From the NCBI GenBank assembly GCA_001792535.1, contig MGGS01000016.1, forward strand, positions 160 to 64,159: DNA of 64,000 bases, written 5' to 3'. The position numbers and the translations under genes were made by a program. Source of the DNA: Candidatus Woesebacteria bacterium RIFCSPHIGHO2_02_FULL_42_20 (lineage in GTDB: Bacteria > Patescibacteriota > Microgenomatia > UBA8517). Below, in pieces: positions 50,263-60,068 of this stretch. Each line of letters starts with the position of its first letter. Position 1 is the first letter of the stretch. The notes beneath the pieces were generated by a model that ran no database searches, was not told the DNA's origin, and saw only the letters and a list, made by a program, of their open reading frames with translations.

Positions 50263-50631
50263 TTAACTGATATCTGAAATATCTAAGTCTTTCATAGGAA
50301 AATGTCTTTTATTGTAGGTAACCAGAATACACTTCTCACAGACCGCCGTGGCGGCAATTAACATGTCGGCAATTTCCAAATTATATTTCTGCTTGTATTT
50401 GCCGGCCATCTCAGCAACATTTTCATCAACCGGTTGTGGTTTAAAAATTTCTTTTAGTTTGGCGATCACACTTCCAACATCCTTCCTCAAACCTGTTCTA
50501 ACTTCAGTAATCGTGACTACAGAAATAAAAAGATCCCCTTGGAAAGCTAGCTGCTTTATCAATTTTACCTCCTTATCCCTGCCACGCAGAAACCAAATAA
50601 CTACATCGGAATCAACCAAAAACTTTTTCAT
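50263..50631 (-). CDS. vapC: PIN-domain toxin VapC (second copy)
   Basis: FLVDSDVVIWFL PIN N-terminus; 4-nt overlap with upstream antitoxin. Confidence 0.75.
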   Translation of the reverse strand: MKKFLVDSDVVIWFLRGRDKEVKLIKQLAFQGDLFISVVTITEVRTGLRKDVGSVIAKLKEIFKPQPVDENVAEMAGKYKQKYNLEIADMLIAATAVCEKCILVTYNKRHFPMKDLDISDIS

Positions 50632-50897
50632 TCTTTTGCCAGTCTTTTATCGAAAGAAGACCACAGTTTTTTCCTCCACAAAGATAATTCTTTGTCGTTT
50701 TTAAATGGAATACCACCGGCTTTTTTCCAAATTCCAGCCAATTCTTCGATAGCCTTCTCCCTTTTAATTTTAGTCAGTTTCTCTTCAAGTGCTTCAGAAA
50801 CAATTTTGCTCCTCATTCTTTCAGGAACAACACGCCTAAGTTCTGATATCAAATCAGAAGGAGCGGTAATATTTAATCTGGTAAACAACACTGTCAT
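50628..50897 (-). CDS. antitoxin (ribbon-helix-helix-like, VapB-type)
   Basis: 89 aa; N-terminal beta-strand-like TRLNITAPSDLISELRR; translationally coupled to vapC. Confidence 0.5.
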   Translation of the reverse strand: MTVLFTRLNITAPSDLISELRRVVPERMRSKIVSEALEEKLTKIKREKAIEELAGIWKKAGGIPFKNDKELSLWRKKLWSSFDKRLAKE

Positions 50898-50909
50898 TGC
50901 ACACTAATA

Positions 50910-51569
50910 CTACACACTATTAGTAAGTACGTCAAGTATGTCTTCAGGTTTTGTGGCGATCCTTGCCCCTTGGTCGATTAGGAAATTTGGTGTTCCGGAC
51001 AACGGCGAATTAATAGGCCCCGGGACCGCAAACACTTCCCGCCCAAGGTTTGCCGCGTGATTTGCGATAGAAAATGTCCCGCTTCTTCTGGCACCTTCTA
51101 CGACCACGACAGCTTTAGAGAGTGCCGCAATTAGCTTGTTACGCATCAAAAAATTCTGCGGCAGCGGCTTAACTCCGGGTGCAAATTGGGAAACTACAGC
51201 CCCGCAGGCAACTATCTTTTGAAAAAGTTTCACATTTTCCGGCGGATAAACGACGTCGATCCCGCTTCCCAAGACTGCAATTGTTCTACCATGAACAGCT
51301 AGGGCTGCAACGTGCGCCATTGTATCCACCCCCCGGGCCATCCCGGAAACAATGGTCACCCCACGTGAAGCCAGAAAACCTGCAAATCTCGTTGTCACCT
51401 GCCTGCCATAAGTCGTCATCGATCTTGATCCTACTATCGCAACCGCATTAGAATCAATTTCCTTAAAGCTGCCAGAAATATAAATCCTGGGAGCAAACTT
51501 CTCCAATATTAATAAATTTTTGGGGTAGCCACTACTCCAAGGATAGATTAATTTGATACTTTCACTCAT
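50910..51569 (-). CDS. dprA: DNA processing protein DprA (Rossmann-fold core only)
   Basis: IAVLGSGIDVVYPPEN, GAVVSQFAPG..P....F..RN, VVVVEGARRSG. Confidence 0.8.
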   Translation of the reverse strand: MSESIKLIYPWSSGYPKNLLILEKFAPRIYISGSFKEIDSNAVAIVGSRSMTTYGRQVTTRFAGFLASRGVTIVSGMARGVDTMAHVAALAVHGRTIAVLGSGIDVVYPPENVKLFQKIVACGAVVSQFAPGVKPLPQNFLMRNKLIAALSKAVVVVEGARRSGTFSIANHAANLGREVFAVPGPINSPLSGTPNFLIDQGARIATKPEDILDVLTNSV

Positions 51570-53182
51570 TTGCGACCGAAATAAAACTCAAGTAATTCCT
51601 TGGCAACAGGCGCAGCGACAGATGAGCCTTCTCCTCCGTTTTCGACCAGCACAGTTACAATAATTTCAGGGTCGTCTGCAGGCGCGAACACCGTAAACCA
51701 AGCGTGGGGCATGCCCAATAGCGAAGTTTCCGCAGTGCCCGTCTTACAGGCTACCTGCGGTTTATAGTCAAAAAACGGATAAGCCGTGCCGCCGGGTTGA
51801 CAAGCTTGAATCAAGCCTTGCTTAACCAGATCAATATTCTTCCGGTCTATTCCCATGTCCGTACAATTTTCACCCCGCGAGTCCTGAACCAAATAAGGTG
51901 CACAAAGTCTTCCCCCGGTGGCGATTACCGAAGTAACTTGGTTCACAGCCAGCGGTGTGACCGCCAAGTCGCCTTGACCAATACTCATGTGGTAAGTGTT
52001 TCCCAAAAACCATCGCTCTCCTTTGACCTCAAGTTTCCATTTTGGGTCCGGAACCAATCCCTGCACCTCACCTTCCAAATCGATTCCTGACTTTGATCCT
52101 AAACCAAACTTTCTGGCCCACTCGGCAAGTTTATCGACCCCCACCGCCTCGCCGATCTTGTAAAAAAATGTATCGGTAGAACGGGCAATAGCACGAGTCA
52201 AGCCGATTTTACCCTCCACCGCACCATACTGTGTGAAGTACCAGTTGGTATATTCAAAATTATTGACAACGATTGCGCCTGTGTCTTCATAAATATAATC
52301 TTTGTCGATTTTGCCTTCCTCAAGTGCCGCAATCGAAGTAACTATTTTGAAAGTGGAGCCGGGGTGGTAAAGCCCGCCTACAACTCTATTAAACAAGGGA
52401 AAGCTTTGGTCACGTAGTATCCCCTCAAGTCTGGTTTCGTTTTCTTTTTTGGGATCTGCAAAAAGATTCGGGTCATACGACGGGCTTGAGTAAAGGGCAA
52501 GGACTTGACCGTGGATGTCGGTAGCTATAATTGAACCAATAGAGTCGGTGAGTAGCCCTGCGGCTTTTTTTTGTAAGCCGTAATCGATAGTTGTTGTGAT
52601 GTCAGCCCCTCGCCTGGCAGGCTTCCTCCCAAGTAATCGGACTTTATTACCAAACGTGTCAACTTCGATCAACTCCTCGCCATCCGTCCCGCGCAGTCTG
52701 CAATTGGAGGTTTGCTCCAGCCCGCTTCTTCCTGTCCAGCCCGCCGACACAAGCGGTCCTTTGTCCGAGCAGCCCGGCTCGACTTTGCCAAGTTCATCGC
52801 TAGTGACCTCCCCGACATAGCCCGTCACGTGAGCCGCGCCGCCTCCTAACGGATAAAACCGTTTGGATTCAACAATAGCTTCGGGAAAATCGGTTCCGAC
52901 CTCAACTTTTTGATAACCGCCGTCGCCGGTCAATACCAATTTTTTGTAAACATCTTTATTACCCACCAGCACTTCCCCACCACGAGCCATTATGCGCCCA
53001 CGGGGGGCACCAATCGTTATCTTACGGACTCTGTTCCCGTCGGACAGACCACGGTAATAGTCACCCTTGATCACTTGGAGTTCAAAAAGGCGGGCCACTA
53101 AAACAAACGTCCCGAGAAGCAGAATTCCGCGCAAAAACCAAGAAAGCCAACTTTGTTCCTCCTTGAGGCTCAAACTTTTCAT
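51566..53182 (-). CDS. mrdA: penicillin-binding protein 2 (peptidoglycan D,D-transpeptidase)
   Basis: N-terminal TM; SxxK (GSTFK), SxN region, KTGTAE. Confidence 0.85.
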   Translation of the reverse strand: MKSLSLKEEQSWLSWFLRGILLLGTFVLVARLFELQVIKGDYYRGLSDGNRVRKITIGAPRGRIMARGGEVLVGNKDVYKKLVLTGDGGYQKVEVGTDFPEAIVESKRFYPLGGGAAHVTGYVGEVTSDELGKVEPGCSDKGPLVSAGWTGRSGLEQTSNCRLRGTDGEELIEVDTFGNKVRLLGRKPARRGADITTTIDYGLQKKAAGLLTDSIGSIIATDIHGQVLALYSSPSYDPNLFADPKKENETRLEGILRDQSFPLFNRVVGGLYHPGSTFKIVTSIAALEEGKIDKDYIYEDTGAIVVNNFEYTNWYFTQYGAVEGKIGLTRAIARSTDTFFYKIGEAVGVDKLAEWARKFGLGSKSGIDLEGEVQGLVPDPKWKLEVKGERWFLGNTYHMSIGQGDLAVTPLAVNQVTSVIATGGRLCAPYLVQDSRGENCTDMGIDRKNIDLVKQGLIQACQPGGTAYPFFDYKPQVACKTGTAETSLLGMPHAWFTVFAPADDPEIIVTVLVENGGEGSSVAAPVAKELLEFYFGRK

Positions 53183-53183
53183 C

Positions 53184-54332
53184 TTAACCGGTCAGTTTTA
53201 TTTTATTTAAGAGACTGTCGTTCTCCAAAAGTATTCCACACCCACGCACCACACAAGTCAGAGGATCCTCGGCGATAACTACAGGCATATGAGTAGCTTC
53301 CGAAATTGCCTTATCTATTCCCGCCAGGAGAGCACCACCGCCGGCTAAGACTATCCCCCGGTCAGTAATATCCCCAATGAGCTCCGGCGGTACCTCCTCA
53401 ATTGTCTCAATAATACACTTTGAAATCTCCCTTAAAATCGGTGAGAGAGCCTCACGGATCTCAACACTGGTAAGTTTCACTGTCTTGGGCAAACCTGTTT
53501 CCAGATCTCGACCGCGAACTATATGAAACTTTTCTTTGGGCAATGGGTATGCCGAGCCAATGGAGATCTTTACTTGCTCTGCGGTAGGTTCACCCACGAG
53601 AAGCGAATACTTAAGGCGGACATAACTGACAATCGCCTCGTTCATCTCGTCGCCGGCGATCCGGACAGACCTGCCCAAGACAACTCCACCAAGGGAAATC
53701 ACCGCAATTTCACTAGTCCCGCCCCCGATATCGACTATAAAGACTCCTTCCGGATCCTCAACAGGAAGGAGCGCCCCGATTGCTGCAGCCATTGGCTCCT
53801 CGACCAGATCGGCGCGTCTCGCACCGGCATTGACAGCCGCGTCGGCGACTGCCCGGCGCTCGACTTCGGTGACTCCCGACGGTATGCCAATAATCAGCCG
53901 GGGTCTGGGAATTTTGGGGATAACGGTTCCAGACTCATGAACTTTTTTAATGTAGTAGTCAAGCATGGCGACAGTCGCGTCAAAGTCGGCAATCACTCCG
54001 TCTTTGAGGGGGCGGACCGACTCTATTGTTTTGGGTGTCCTGCCTTCCATCTTTTTGGCAGCAGAGCCTATCGCAAGCAGTTCTTTGGTTTTTTTCTTTC
54101 TTGCCACACTCGAAGGCTCACGAATCACAATACCTTTGCCTCTTACATAAACCAGGGTGTTTGCAGTCCCCAGGTCAATCCCGACCTCGTGGGATAAGTT
54201 GCCGAAAAATCTATTTAATGAAAACGAAGAAAGCCTATTCCAAAACTTTTTGGGGTCGGTTTTTTTTATTTTCCCCAAAAATCTGTCTATTGCCATTTTG
54301 CCACAGTATAACTGCAAGAAAAATGATTGCAA
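53184..54332 (-). CDS. mreB: rod shape-determining protein MreB
   Basis: VGIDLGTANTLVYV, DIGGGTSEIAVISLGG actin-fold motifs; true start probably downstream of ORF-track start. Confidence 0.85.
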   Translation of the reverse strand: MQSFFLQLYCGKMAIDRFLGKIKKTDPKKFWNRLSSFSLNRFFGNLSHEVGIDLGTANTLVYVRGKGIVIREPSSVARKKKTKELLAIGSAAKKMEGRTPKTIESVRPLKDGVIADFDATVAMLDYYIKKVHESGTVIPKIPRPRLIIGIPSGVTEVERRAVADAAVNAGARRADLVEEPMAAAIGALLPVEDPEGVFIVDIGGGTSEIAVISLGGVVLGRSVRIAGDEMNEAIVSYVRLKYSLLVGEPTAEQVKISIGSAYPLPKEKFHIVRGRDLETGLPKTVKLTSVEIREALSPILREISKCIIETIEEVPPELIGDITDRGIVLAGGGALLAGIDKAISEATHMPVVIAEDPLTCVVRGCGILLENDSLLNKIKLTG

Positions 54333-54367
54333 AGGGTAAGTCTGCTTCCGAATGTTATACTTACACC

Positions 54368-54892
54368 ATGATCTTAAAAATCGTAGGCATTAAAGACCCC
54401 GTCTTGCGCAAAAAAGCTAAAAGAGTGGGTAAGGTCGACAAAAAAATAAAGTCCTTGATTTATGACATGCAAGAAACTTTGAAAGCCCAAAAAGACCCCG
54501 AGGGTATCGGCCTGGCAGCTCCCCAAGTCGGCAAATCGCTGGCTCTCTTCATTGTCAACTTTGAAGGCCTTAAAAGAGTCATCATCAATCCCGAGGTAAT
54601 TAAAAGTAAGAAAGTAGACAAGACCAAAAAAGCAAAAATGACCAAGCTCTTGGAAGGGTGCCTGTCGCTGCCCAATTATTACAGCCCGGTTAAGCGCGGC
54701 AAATACATTATAATTAAATACTTGGATATCGCCGGCAAAACCGTTACCGAAGAATTTAACGACTTCCCCGCCCAAGTGATCCAGCACGAAATCGACCATC
54801 TCGATGGTGTATTGTTTGTGGATCACGTACTTAAACAAAACTCTCCGTTATATAAATTCGACGGCGATGAGTGGGAGGAAGTGGAGCTATGA
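54368..54892 (+). CDS. def: peptide deformylase
   Basis: GIGLAAPQVG, EGCLSLP, QHEIDHLDG metal-binding motifs; start at MILKIVG; stop overlaps fmt start (ATGA). Confidence 0.85.
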   Translation: MILKIVGIKDPVLRKKAKRVGKVDKKIKSLIYDMQETLKAQKDPEGIGLAAPQVGKSLALFIVNFEGLKRVIINPEVIKSKKVDKTKKAKMTKLLEGCLSLPNYYSPVKRGKYIIIKYLDIAGKTVTEEFNDFPAQVIQHEIDHLDGVLFVDHVLKQNSPLYKFDGDEWEEVEL

Positions 54893-55857
54893 AAGTAGTC
54901 TTTTTTGGCACGCCTGACTTTGTTGTCCCAATCGTCGACGCGCTGCATAAAACTTACCGTGTTCCCCGCGCTAAAGAAAGCGGGGTTGTAGCGGTCGTCA
55001 CCCAGCCTCCAAGTCCAGCCGGACGCGACAAAAGAATAGACCATTCGCCCGTTGATCAATGGGCTTGGGATAAAAAAATTAAAGTAATTACGGGTTTTAA
55101 TAACAGCCTACCGGATGCAGACTTGGGAATTGTGGCTGCTTACGGCAAAATAATTCCGGAAAAAATTATCAAACACTTCCCAAAAGGGATTCTTAACCTT
55201 CACCCGTCGCTTCTACCTGTTTTCCGCGGAGCCTCCCCCATCCAGGCTGCGATAGTAACAGACACAAACCGGACCGGCCTAACGGTAATCAAAATGGACA
55301 AATTGATGGATCATGGCCCGATTATTTCTTTGTTTAAAGAAGATGTTTTGCCCGAAGACACAACCGAAACACTTCGCCGTAAGCTTTTTGAAAGGTCCAT
55401 TCAATTTCTACTTGACCTAATTCCCAATTACCTAAGCAAAAAAATAATACCAAAAGAGCAAGATCACGCAAAAGCGACCTATACAAAGATCATAACCCGC
55501 GAGGATGGGTTTATTGACCCCACAAATTTACAAAAGGTTATTGACAACAAAACACCTCGAAAAAAGTGGGTTATATCGTTTGTTAGCAATTTCACTACCC
55601 AATATTCGCCAGTCACTATTCACCAGTTTATCCGAGCCATGACCCCTTGGCCCGGAACGTGGACTCTCCTTCGCCTTACGGCGGGCGGGCAAGCACCAAA
55701 ACGATTAAAAATTATAAGGGCCCACCTCTCACAACCCACCAAGCACAACCCACAACTTATTCTCGACGAAGTCCAACTCGAAGGCAAAAACCCGGTAAGT
55801 TGGGAGGAATTCAAACGAGGTTATCCTAACACTGCGCTCACTCGGGACGGCGTATAG
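54889..55857 (+). CDS. fmt: methionyl-tRNA formyltransferase
   Basis: MKVVFFGTPDFVVP, NLHPSLLP, def-fmt order. Confidence 0.85.
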   Translation: MKVVFFGTPDFVVPIVDALHKTYRVPRAKESGVVAVVTQPPSPAGRDKRIDHSPVDQWAWDKKIKVITGFNNSLPDADLGIVAAYGKIIPEKIIKHFPKGILNLHPSLLPVFRGASPIQAAIVTDTNRTGLTVIKMDKLMDHGPIISLFKEDVLPEDTTETLRRKLFERSIQFLLDLIPNYLSKKIIPKEQDHAKATYTKIITREDGFIDPTNLQKVIDNKTPRKKWVISFVSNFTTQYSPVTIHQFIRAMTPWPGTWTLLRLTAGGQAPKRLKIIRAHLSQPTKHNPQLILDEVQLEGKNPVSWEEFKRGYPNTALTRDGV

Positions 55858-56078
55858 ATCTTTTTGTCTTTTTTAAACCGCTTTATACACTTTGTGCAAA
55901 GTTTCATTTTGACCACGCCGCCGGAAACGACAACATTTGCAAGTTGTAAATTAGGCTTAAAAAGCCTTTTAGTCGCTTGAGTACGTTTTTTCCAGCGCTT
56001 GCCGGCGACACCCCGGCGGTGCTTTTGGCTTTGGCCAAAAACTACTCCCTTTCCACAGTTAGCACAAATCATCGCCAT
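55821..56078 (-). CDS. rpmB: 50S ribosomal protein L28
   Basis: MAMICANCGKGVVFGQSQKHRRGVAGKRWKKRTQATKRLFKPNLQ matches L28 pattern; start set at internal Met. Confidence 0.8.
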   Translation of the reverse strand: MAMICANCGKGVVFGQSQKHRRGVAGKRWKKRTQATKRLFKPNLQLANVVVSGGVVKMKLCTKCIKRFKKDKKIYTPSRVSAVLG

Positions 56079-56134
56079 ACTCGTAATTGCCTTTCCGACG
56101 GTGTTTATTATAATAGATAAGCTGATTATTAACA

Positions 56135-56779
56135 ATGTTGGATTTTCTGTTTACCTCGCCAATCATTTTTTTCACTTGGATAGCGGCACTACTTTTCGCC
56201 ATCACTATCCACGAGTTCTCGCATGCCTGGACAGCCGATAGGCTCGGGGACCCGACGCCGCGGCTGCAAGGGAGGATTACGCTTAACCCGATTGCCCACC
56301 TGGACCCATTAGGGACATTCATGCTTATTTTCTTTCGATTTGGTTGGGGCAAACCAGTCCAATTCGACCCCTTTAACCTCAAAAACCCGAGGCGAGACGC
56401 TGCAGTTATTTCCCTGGCCGGGCCGGCGGCAAATTTAGTTGCCGCAACGGCTCTCTCTTTGATATTGCGAACAATGGGGGCAGCTCTGCCGTTGATTGTC
56501 ACCGAAACCTTTATTCCGACATTTATTATTCTTAACGTTTTGCTTGCAATCTTTAATCTAATTCCGATTCATCCCCTGGACGGCGGCAAAATATTAGTCG
56601 GGCTACTCCCGGCAAAAGATGCACATGAGTTAGATGGTTTCTTGCACAAATATGGCATATTTATTTTGTTTCTGTTAATTTTTCCCTTTGCAGGTACGTC
56701 GCCGATATCATCATTTCTTTCTCCTGTCATGAGTTTTTTCCTAAAGATTTTGCTTCCTGCGAGCGCAACTTTGGTCTAG
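56135..56779 (+). CDS. site-2 protease family (M50B) zinc metalloprotease
   Basis: TIHEFSHAW (HExxH in TM helix), later PLDGG motif (IHPLDGGKI). Confidence 0.75.
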   Translation: MLDFLFTSPIIFFTWIAALLFAITIHEFSHAWTADRLGDPTPRLQGRITLNPIAHLDPLGTFMLIFFRFGWGKPVQFDPFNLKNPRRDAAVISLAGPAANLVAATALSLILRTMGAALPLIVTETFIPTFIILNVLLAIFNLIPIHPLDGGKILVGLLPAKDAHELDGFLHKYGIFILFLLIFPFAGTSPISSFLSPVMSFFLKILLPASATLV

Positions 56780-56981
56780 AAGTCGTTGACTTGATCTGCT
56801 AAAATAAAACTGACCCTGTGGGAAGTGTTAGATAAACTTTCCTGACCAATTACAATATCGGGAGGGCTGGGTCCCACGAAGCCTTGTGCGACGTTGGGCA
56901 GCTCACCCACCTGGTTACTACAGGAAAATTTACCCTGGCACGGAACATCAGGGTCATTCCCTTAGGAAGCAGTGGAGTTTT

Positions 56982-57069
56982 TGGTGCTGGGACCAGGATT
57001 CGAACCTAGGTAGGCCTTTCGGCCGCGAGATTTACAGTCTCGTGCGATTGTCCACTCCGCCATCCCAGC
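56982..57069 (-). tRNA. tRNA-Tyr (GTA), long variable arm, CCA encoded
   Basis: Hand-folded cloverleaf: acceptor GCTGGGA/TCCCAGC, anticodon stem CGAGA/TCTCG loop CTGTAAA, variable-arm hairpin GGCC-GAAA-GGCC, T-loop TTCGAAT. Confidence 0.85.
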
Positions 57070-57070
57070 C

Positions 57071-57144
57071 TGGAGCCTTCCCAGAGAATCGAACTCTGAT
57101 CGACGGTTTACAAAACCGCTGCTCTGCCACTGAGCTAGGAAGGC
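57071..57144 (-). tRNA. tRNA-Thr (TGT), CCA encoded
   Basis: Acceptor GCCTTCC/GGAAGGC, anticodon stem GCGGT/ACCGT loop TTTGTAA, T-loop TTCGATT. Confidence 0.85.
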
Positions 57145-57169
57145 CTAAAGTTAATGGTATTATATTACA

Positions 57170-58234
57170 TTGATGCAGCTTTCCCAACTTGACTACTTTT
57201 TACCAAAAGAGCTTATTGCTCAAAAGCCTGTATCGCCCCGTGACAGGTCAAAACTTCTTGTTTTAAACAGAAACACTGGGGAAATTCAGCAAAAATGTTT
57301 TTTTGAAATTGAGGACTACCTGTCTCCCAACGACGTGCTTGTGATGAACAATACCAAAGTCTTTCCGGCCCGGATTTTCGCCAAAAATTCAAAAGGGAAG
57401 CAAATCGAATTACTCCTGGTAAAGGAAATTAAAAATGGCACTTGGGAAGCAATGAGGCGAGGTAAAGTTAAAGTAGACGAACTGTTAAAATTTGCAGGCG
57501 TTAAATTTAAAATTCTTGAAAATAGAGGTGAAAATGTACTAGTTGGGTTTCCAATCACAACAGAAGAGCTTTTTGCAAAACTTTACAGATATGGCATCAC
57601 TCCCCTTCCGCCTTATATTAAGCCTACCAAAAATGAGCACGAGATAAGGAAGCTTTACCAAACGGTCTATGCCAAGCAGGTCGGGTCAGTCGCGGCACCC
57701 ACCGCAGGATTTCATTTTACCGAAAAACTAATCCGCACATTAAAGCAAAAAGGTATTCAAATAGAATACGTCACTTTGCAAGTGGGACTCGGAACTTTTT
57801 TACCCATCAAAGCTACCGATCTTGGTAAACACACAATGCATAGCGAAAGCTTTGAGGTACACCACAACACTCTCAAAAGACTTAACCAAGCCAAAGCCCA
57901 AGGCAAGAGAATTATCGCCACAGGCACAACTACAACCCGCGTTTTGGAAACTCTTGCAGATGACAGTCACAAATTGAAAATCGAAAATTTTTCAGGCTCA
58001 ACAAATTTGTTCATCTATCCGCCTTACAAGTTCAAATTTGTCGATGCCTTAATCACCAACTTTCACCTACCCAAATCAACTCTACTCGCATTGGTTAGCG
58101 CATTTGTAAGTAATCCAAATTCCACAGACAAATTCAGAAATTTGGCAGAATCAACCGTCGGCAAAGCTTACATCGAAGCGATTAACCGAAATTACCGATT
58201 CTATTCTTTCGGTGATGCAATGTTTATTTATTAA
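57170..58234 (+). CDS. queA: S-adenosylmethionine:tRNA ribosyltransferase-isomerase
   Basis: N-terminus LSQLDYFLPKELIAQKPVSPRDRSKLLVL parallels QueA; 354 aa. Confidence 0.9.
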   Translation: MMQLSQLDYFLPKELIAQKPVSPRDRSKLLVLNRNTGEIQQKCFFEIEDYLSPNDVLVMNNTKVFPARIFAKNSKGKQIELLLVKEIKNGTWEAMRRGKVKVDELLKFAGVKFKILENRGENVLVGFPITTEELFAKLYRYGITPLPPYIKPTKNEHEIRKLYQTVYAKQVGSVAAPTAGFHFTEKLIRTLKQKGIQIEYVTLQVGLGTFLPIKATDLGKHTMHSESFEVHHNTLKRLNQAKAQGKRIIATGTTTTRVLETLADDSHKLKIENFSGSTNLFIYPPYKFKFVDALITNFHLPKSTLLALVSAFVSNPNSTDKFRNLAESTVGKAYIEAINRNYRFYSFGDAMFIY

Positions 58235-58658
58235 AATGCTTTTTAACTTCACCAACCATGTGCCTGGCATCGTCCTCCAAGGCCTTGCCAAATGCAAGCC
58301 CCAAAGCGATTGCCACTGCAAAGCTCAAGCCATTTAGCAGTGCGTTTACCAAAGATTGGGCTATACCAAGGTAGTCCAAAACTATTAACACCAATAAGAA
58401 TTTCCCTAAAACCAACACCACTTGAGTCACTGTGTCCAGCGCCTTGTCGGCCAGCTTCATACCCTTAAACTCGATTCTCTTCAGCAGTGTCACTGCAGTA
58501 TTGATTAGCGATTTACCGACTACCCAAATTACTATTGCCACAAGTACCTTCGGCAAAAATAACATCAGCTGATACCAGAATTGTTGAAAAGATGTTACAA
58601 ATACATCTCCATATGGAACCATTTTTATCACCCCCTCCGCCAAGGCTTCGCGGGGCAC
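58224..58658 (-). CDS. hypothetical membrane protein (144 aa)
   Basis: Three hydrophobic helices; possibly small mechanosensitive-channel-like, not confirmed. Confidence 0.4.
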   Translation of the reverse strand: MPREALAEGVIKMVPYGDVFVTSFQQFWYQLMLFLPKVLVAIVIWVVGKSLINTAVTLLKRIEFKGMKLADKALDTVTQVVLVLGKFLLVLIVLDYLGIAQSLVNALLNGLSFAVAIALGLAFGKALEDDARHMVGEVKKHFNK

Positions 58659-58742
58659 GCCCCCTTTGCTCTTAGCTATTTAAACCATAGCACTAAATTT
58701 CACTTCCTGTCCAGTGTTTTTTGATGATATAATTAGCTTCAT

Positions 58743-58815
58743 GCCTGGGTAGCTCAGTCGGTAGAGCGCATTCTTGGTAAGAATGAGGTCTCGGGTTCGA
58801 TTCCCGATCCAGGCT
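58743..58815 (+). tRNA. tRNA-Thr (GGT)
   Basis: Acceptor GCCTGGG/TCCAGGC, D-arm GCTCAGTCGGTAGAGC, anticodon stem CATTC/GAATG loop TTGGTAA, T-loop TTCGATT. Confidence 0.85.
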
Positions 58816-60056
58816 CAAACGCTAGGTAAGGTTTGTAGGAGTTTTTTTATCTTTTCCCTTGTCGAGTCATAAGAGAAATGCTTTTCCCCAATTTTAAAAT
58901 TTTTTTCTACCAAGCGATCGTATTCTTGCCCGTCAGCAATCAAACTGTTAACTTTTGCGACAGCTTTTCCAAAATTCGCTCCATTTAATTCTATAGTCTC
59001 GAAGCCAAGCGGAGCAATATCTGATTTATAAACCGGGTATGGCGTTAAAATAATCGGCTTTTTGAAATACATTGTCTCTACAAACTGGTTGCCAAAACCT
59101 TCGACCTCAGTCGGGTAAGTGACAAAGTCCGCATTTACGTAACAGTCCCAAAGAGTATAAATTCTTTTGCCACTTATTATCTTTCTTTGGGAATTAACCC
59201 TATCGCCTATAAATTTGCACCTGATCCCAGTTTCTTGTGCCAACTTTTTCAATTTTTTTTCGTAGCCCGGCTGTTCATCTCCTTCTCTTTGGGATATCAC
59301 TAAAACTGCGTTGGGGTCATTTAAGGCCTTAATGAATTCAATTGACAACTCAATTCTTTTTCTTGGTACAATGCGTGTCGGCTGTAAGAAGACTTTGTCT
59401 TCTGCCCCTATCTCAAAATCGGGCCGAAAATGCTTTGAATAAGAATCGGCAACGGCTTTGTTTGAAGCAAAATCAAAAGTATCACTAATAATATCTGCAT
59501 CTAACCCATATCTTTTTTTAAGCTCGGCTTTCGCAATCGAATTAATAACAGTGTGTTTAACTGTAGGAAGTTTTGGAGGAAACCAATTTTCGAAAAACTT
59601 AAAAAGTGATGACTCCAAATACTTTTGCCTTTCCCACCAAAAATCATGATGACGGGCAATTGTGGGAATTGAATACTCTCCAACTATGCGGCTAAGCGCA
59701 ACAGTCAAAGGAAAATGCATCGGCAAAGAAAATATATTAGCAACAATAAGAAGGTCAACTTTTCCGTTGTGACGCAAGACCTCCCTGAGTTTTCCCTCAA
59801 TTTTACCAGCCAAAGTAAAAATCCCGCGTTCAACGTCTTCATATTTTTCATCTCCGTATACAACTCTTTCATGAATTTGGTAGACATAGGGCCATTTAAA
59901 GTGAAGCTCTGGAAGCAGTACCCCGCTACGGTCAAGCTCTCCGGCCAAAAAAGTTACTTTATGTCCCATTCTCTCTAAAATTTCCTTCCAGTGAACTGCT
60001 TCTAGGGACACTCCGTCAAGGCCTGCAATTCGGAAAGAAAGAAAAACTATATTCAT
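58815..60056 (-). CDS. GT4-family glycosyltransferase
   Basis: GT-B fold; C-terminal EVEGFGNQFVETM (E-x7-E motif); start set at MNIVFLSF; stop overlaps tRNA-Thr 3' base. Confidence 0.65.
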   Translation of the reverse strand: MNIVFLSFRIAGLDGVSLEAVHWKEILERMGHKVTFLAGELDRSGVLLPELHFKWPYVYQIHERVVYGDEKYEDVERGIFTLAGKIEGKLREVLRHNGKVDLLIVANIFSLPMHFPLTVALSRIVGEYSIPTIARHHDFWWERQKYLESSLFKFFENWFPPKLPTVKHTVINSIAKAELKKRYGLDADIISDTFDFASNKAVADSYSKHFRPDFEIGAEDKVFLQPTRIVPRKRIELSIEFIKALNDPNAVLVISQREGDEQPGYEKKLKKLAQETGIRCKFIGDRVNSQRKIISGKRIYTLWDCYVNADFVTYPTEVEGFGNQFVETMYFKKPIILTPYPVYKSDIAPLGFETIELNGANFGKAVAKVNSLIADGQEYDRLVEKNFKIGEKHFSYDSTREKIKKLLQTLPSV

Positions 60057-60068
60057 ATCGAAACTAAT

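Noticed and set aside
54026-54367. N-terminal 114-aa extension of the def ORF
   Set aside because: It overlaps mreB on the opposite strand. Deformylase homology begins at the internal Met (MILKIVGIKD).
56900-56985. SRP/4.5S-RNA-like motif (TCAGGGTCA...GGAAGCAG resembling the domain IV GGAAGCAGC) on the + strand between the M50 protease gene and tRNA-Tyr
   Set aside because: Only an 8-9-nt match, which is expected by chance at this sequence length. The apical loop would be CTTA rather than GNRA. A full-length fold would overlap the tRNA-Tyr gene on the opposite strand. No convincing long-range helix was found.
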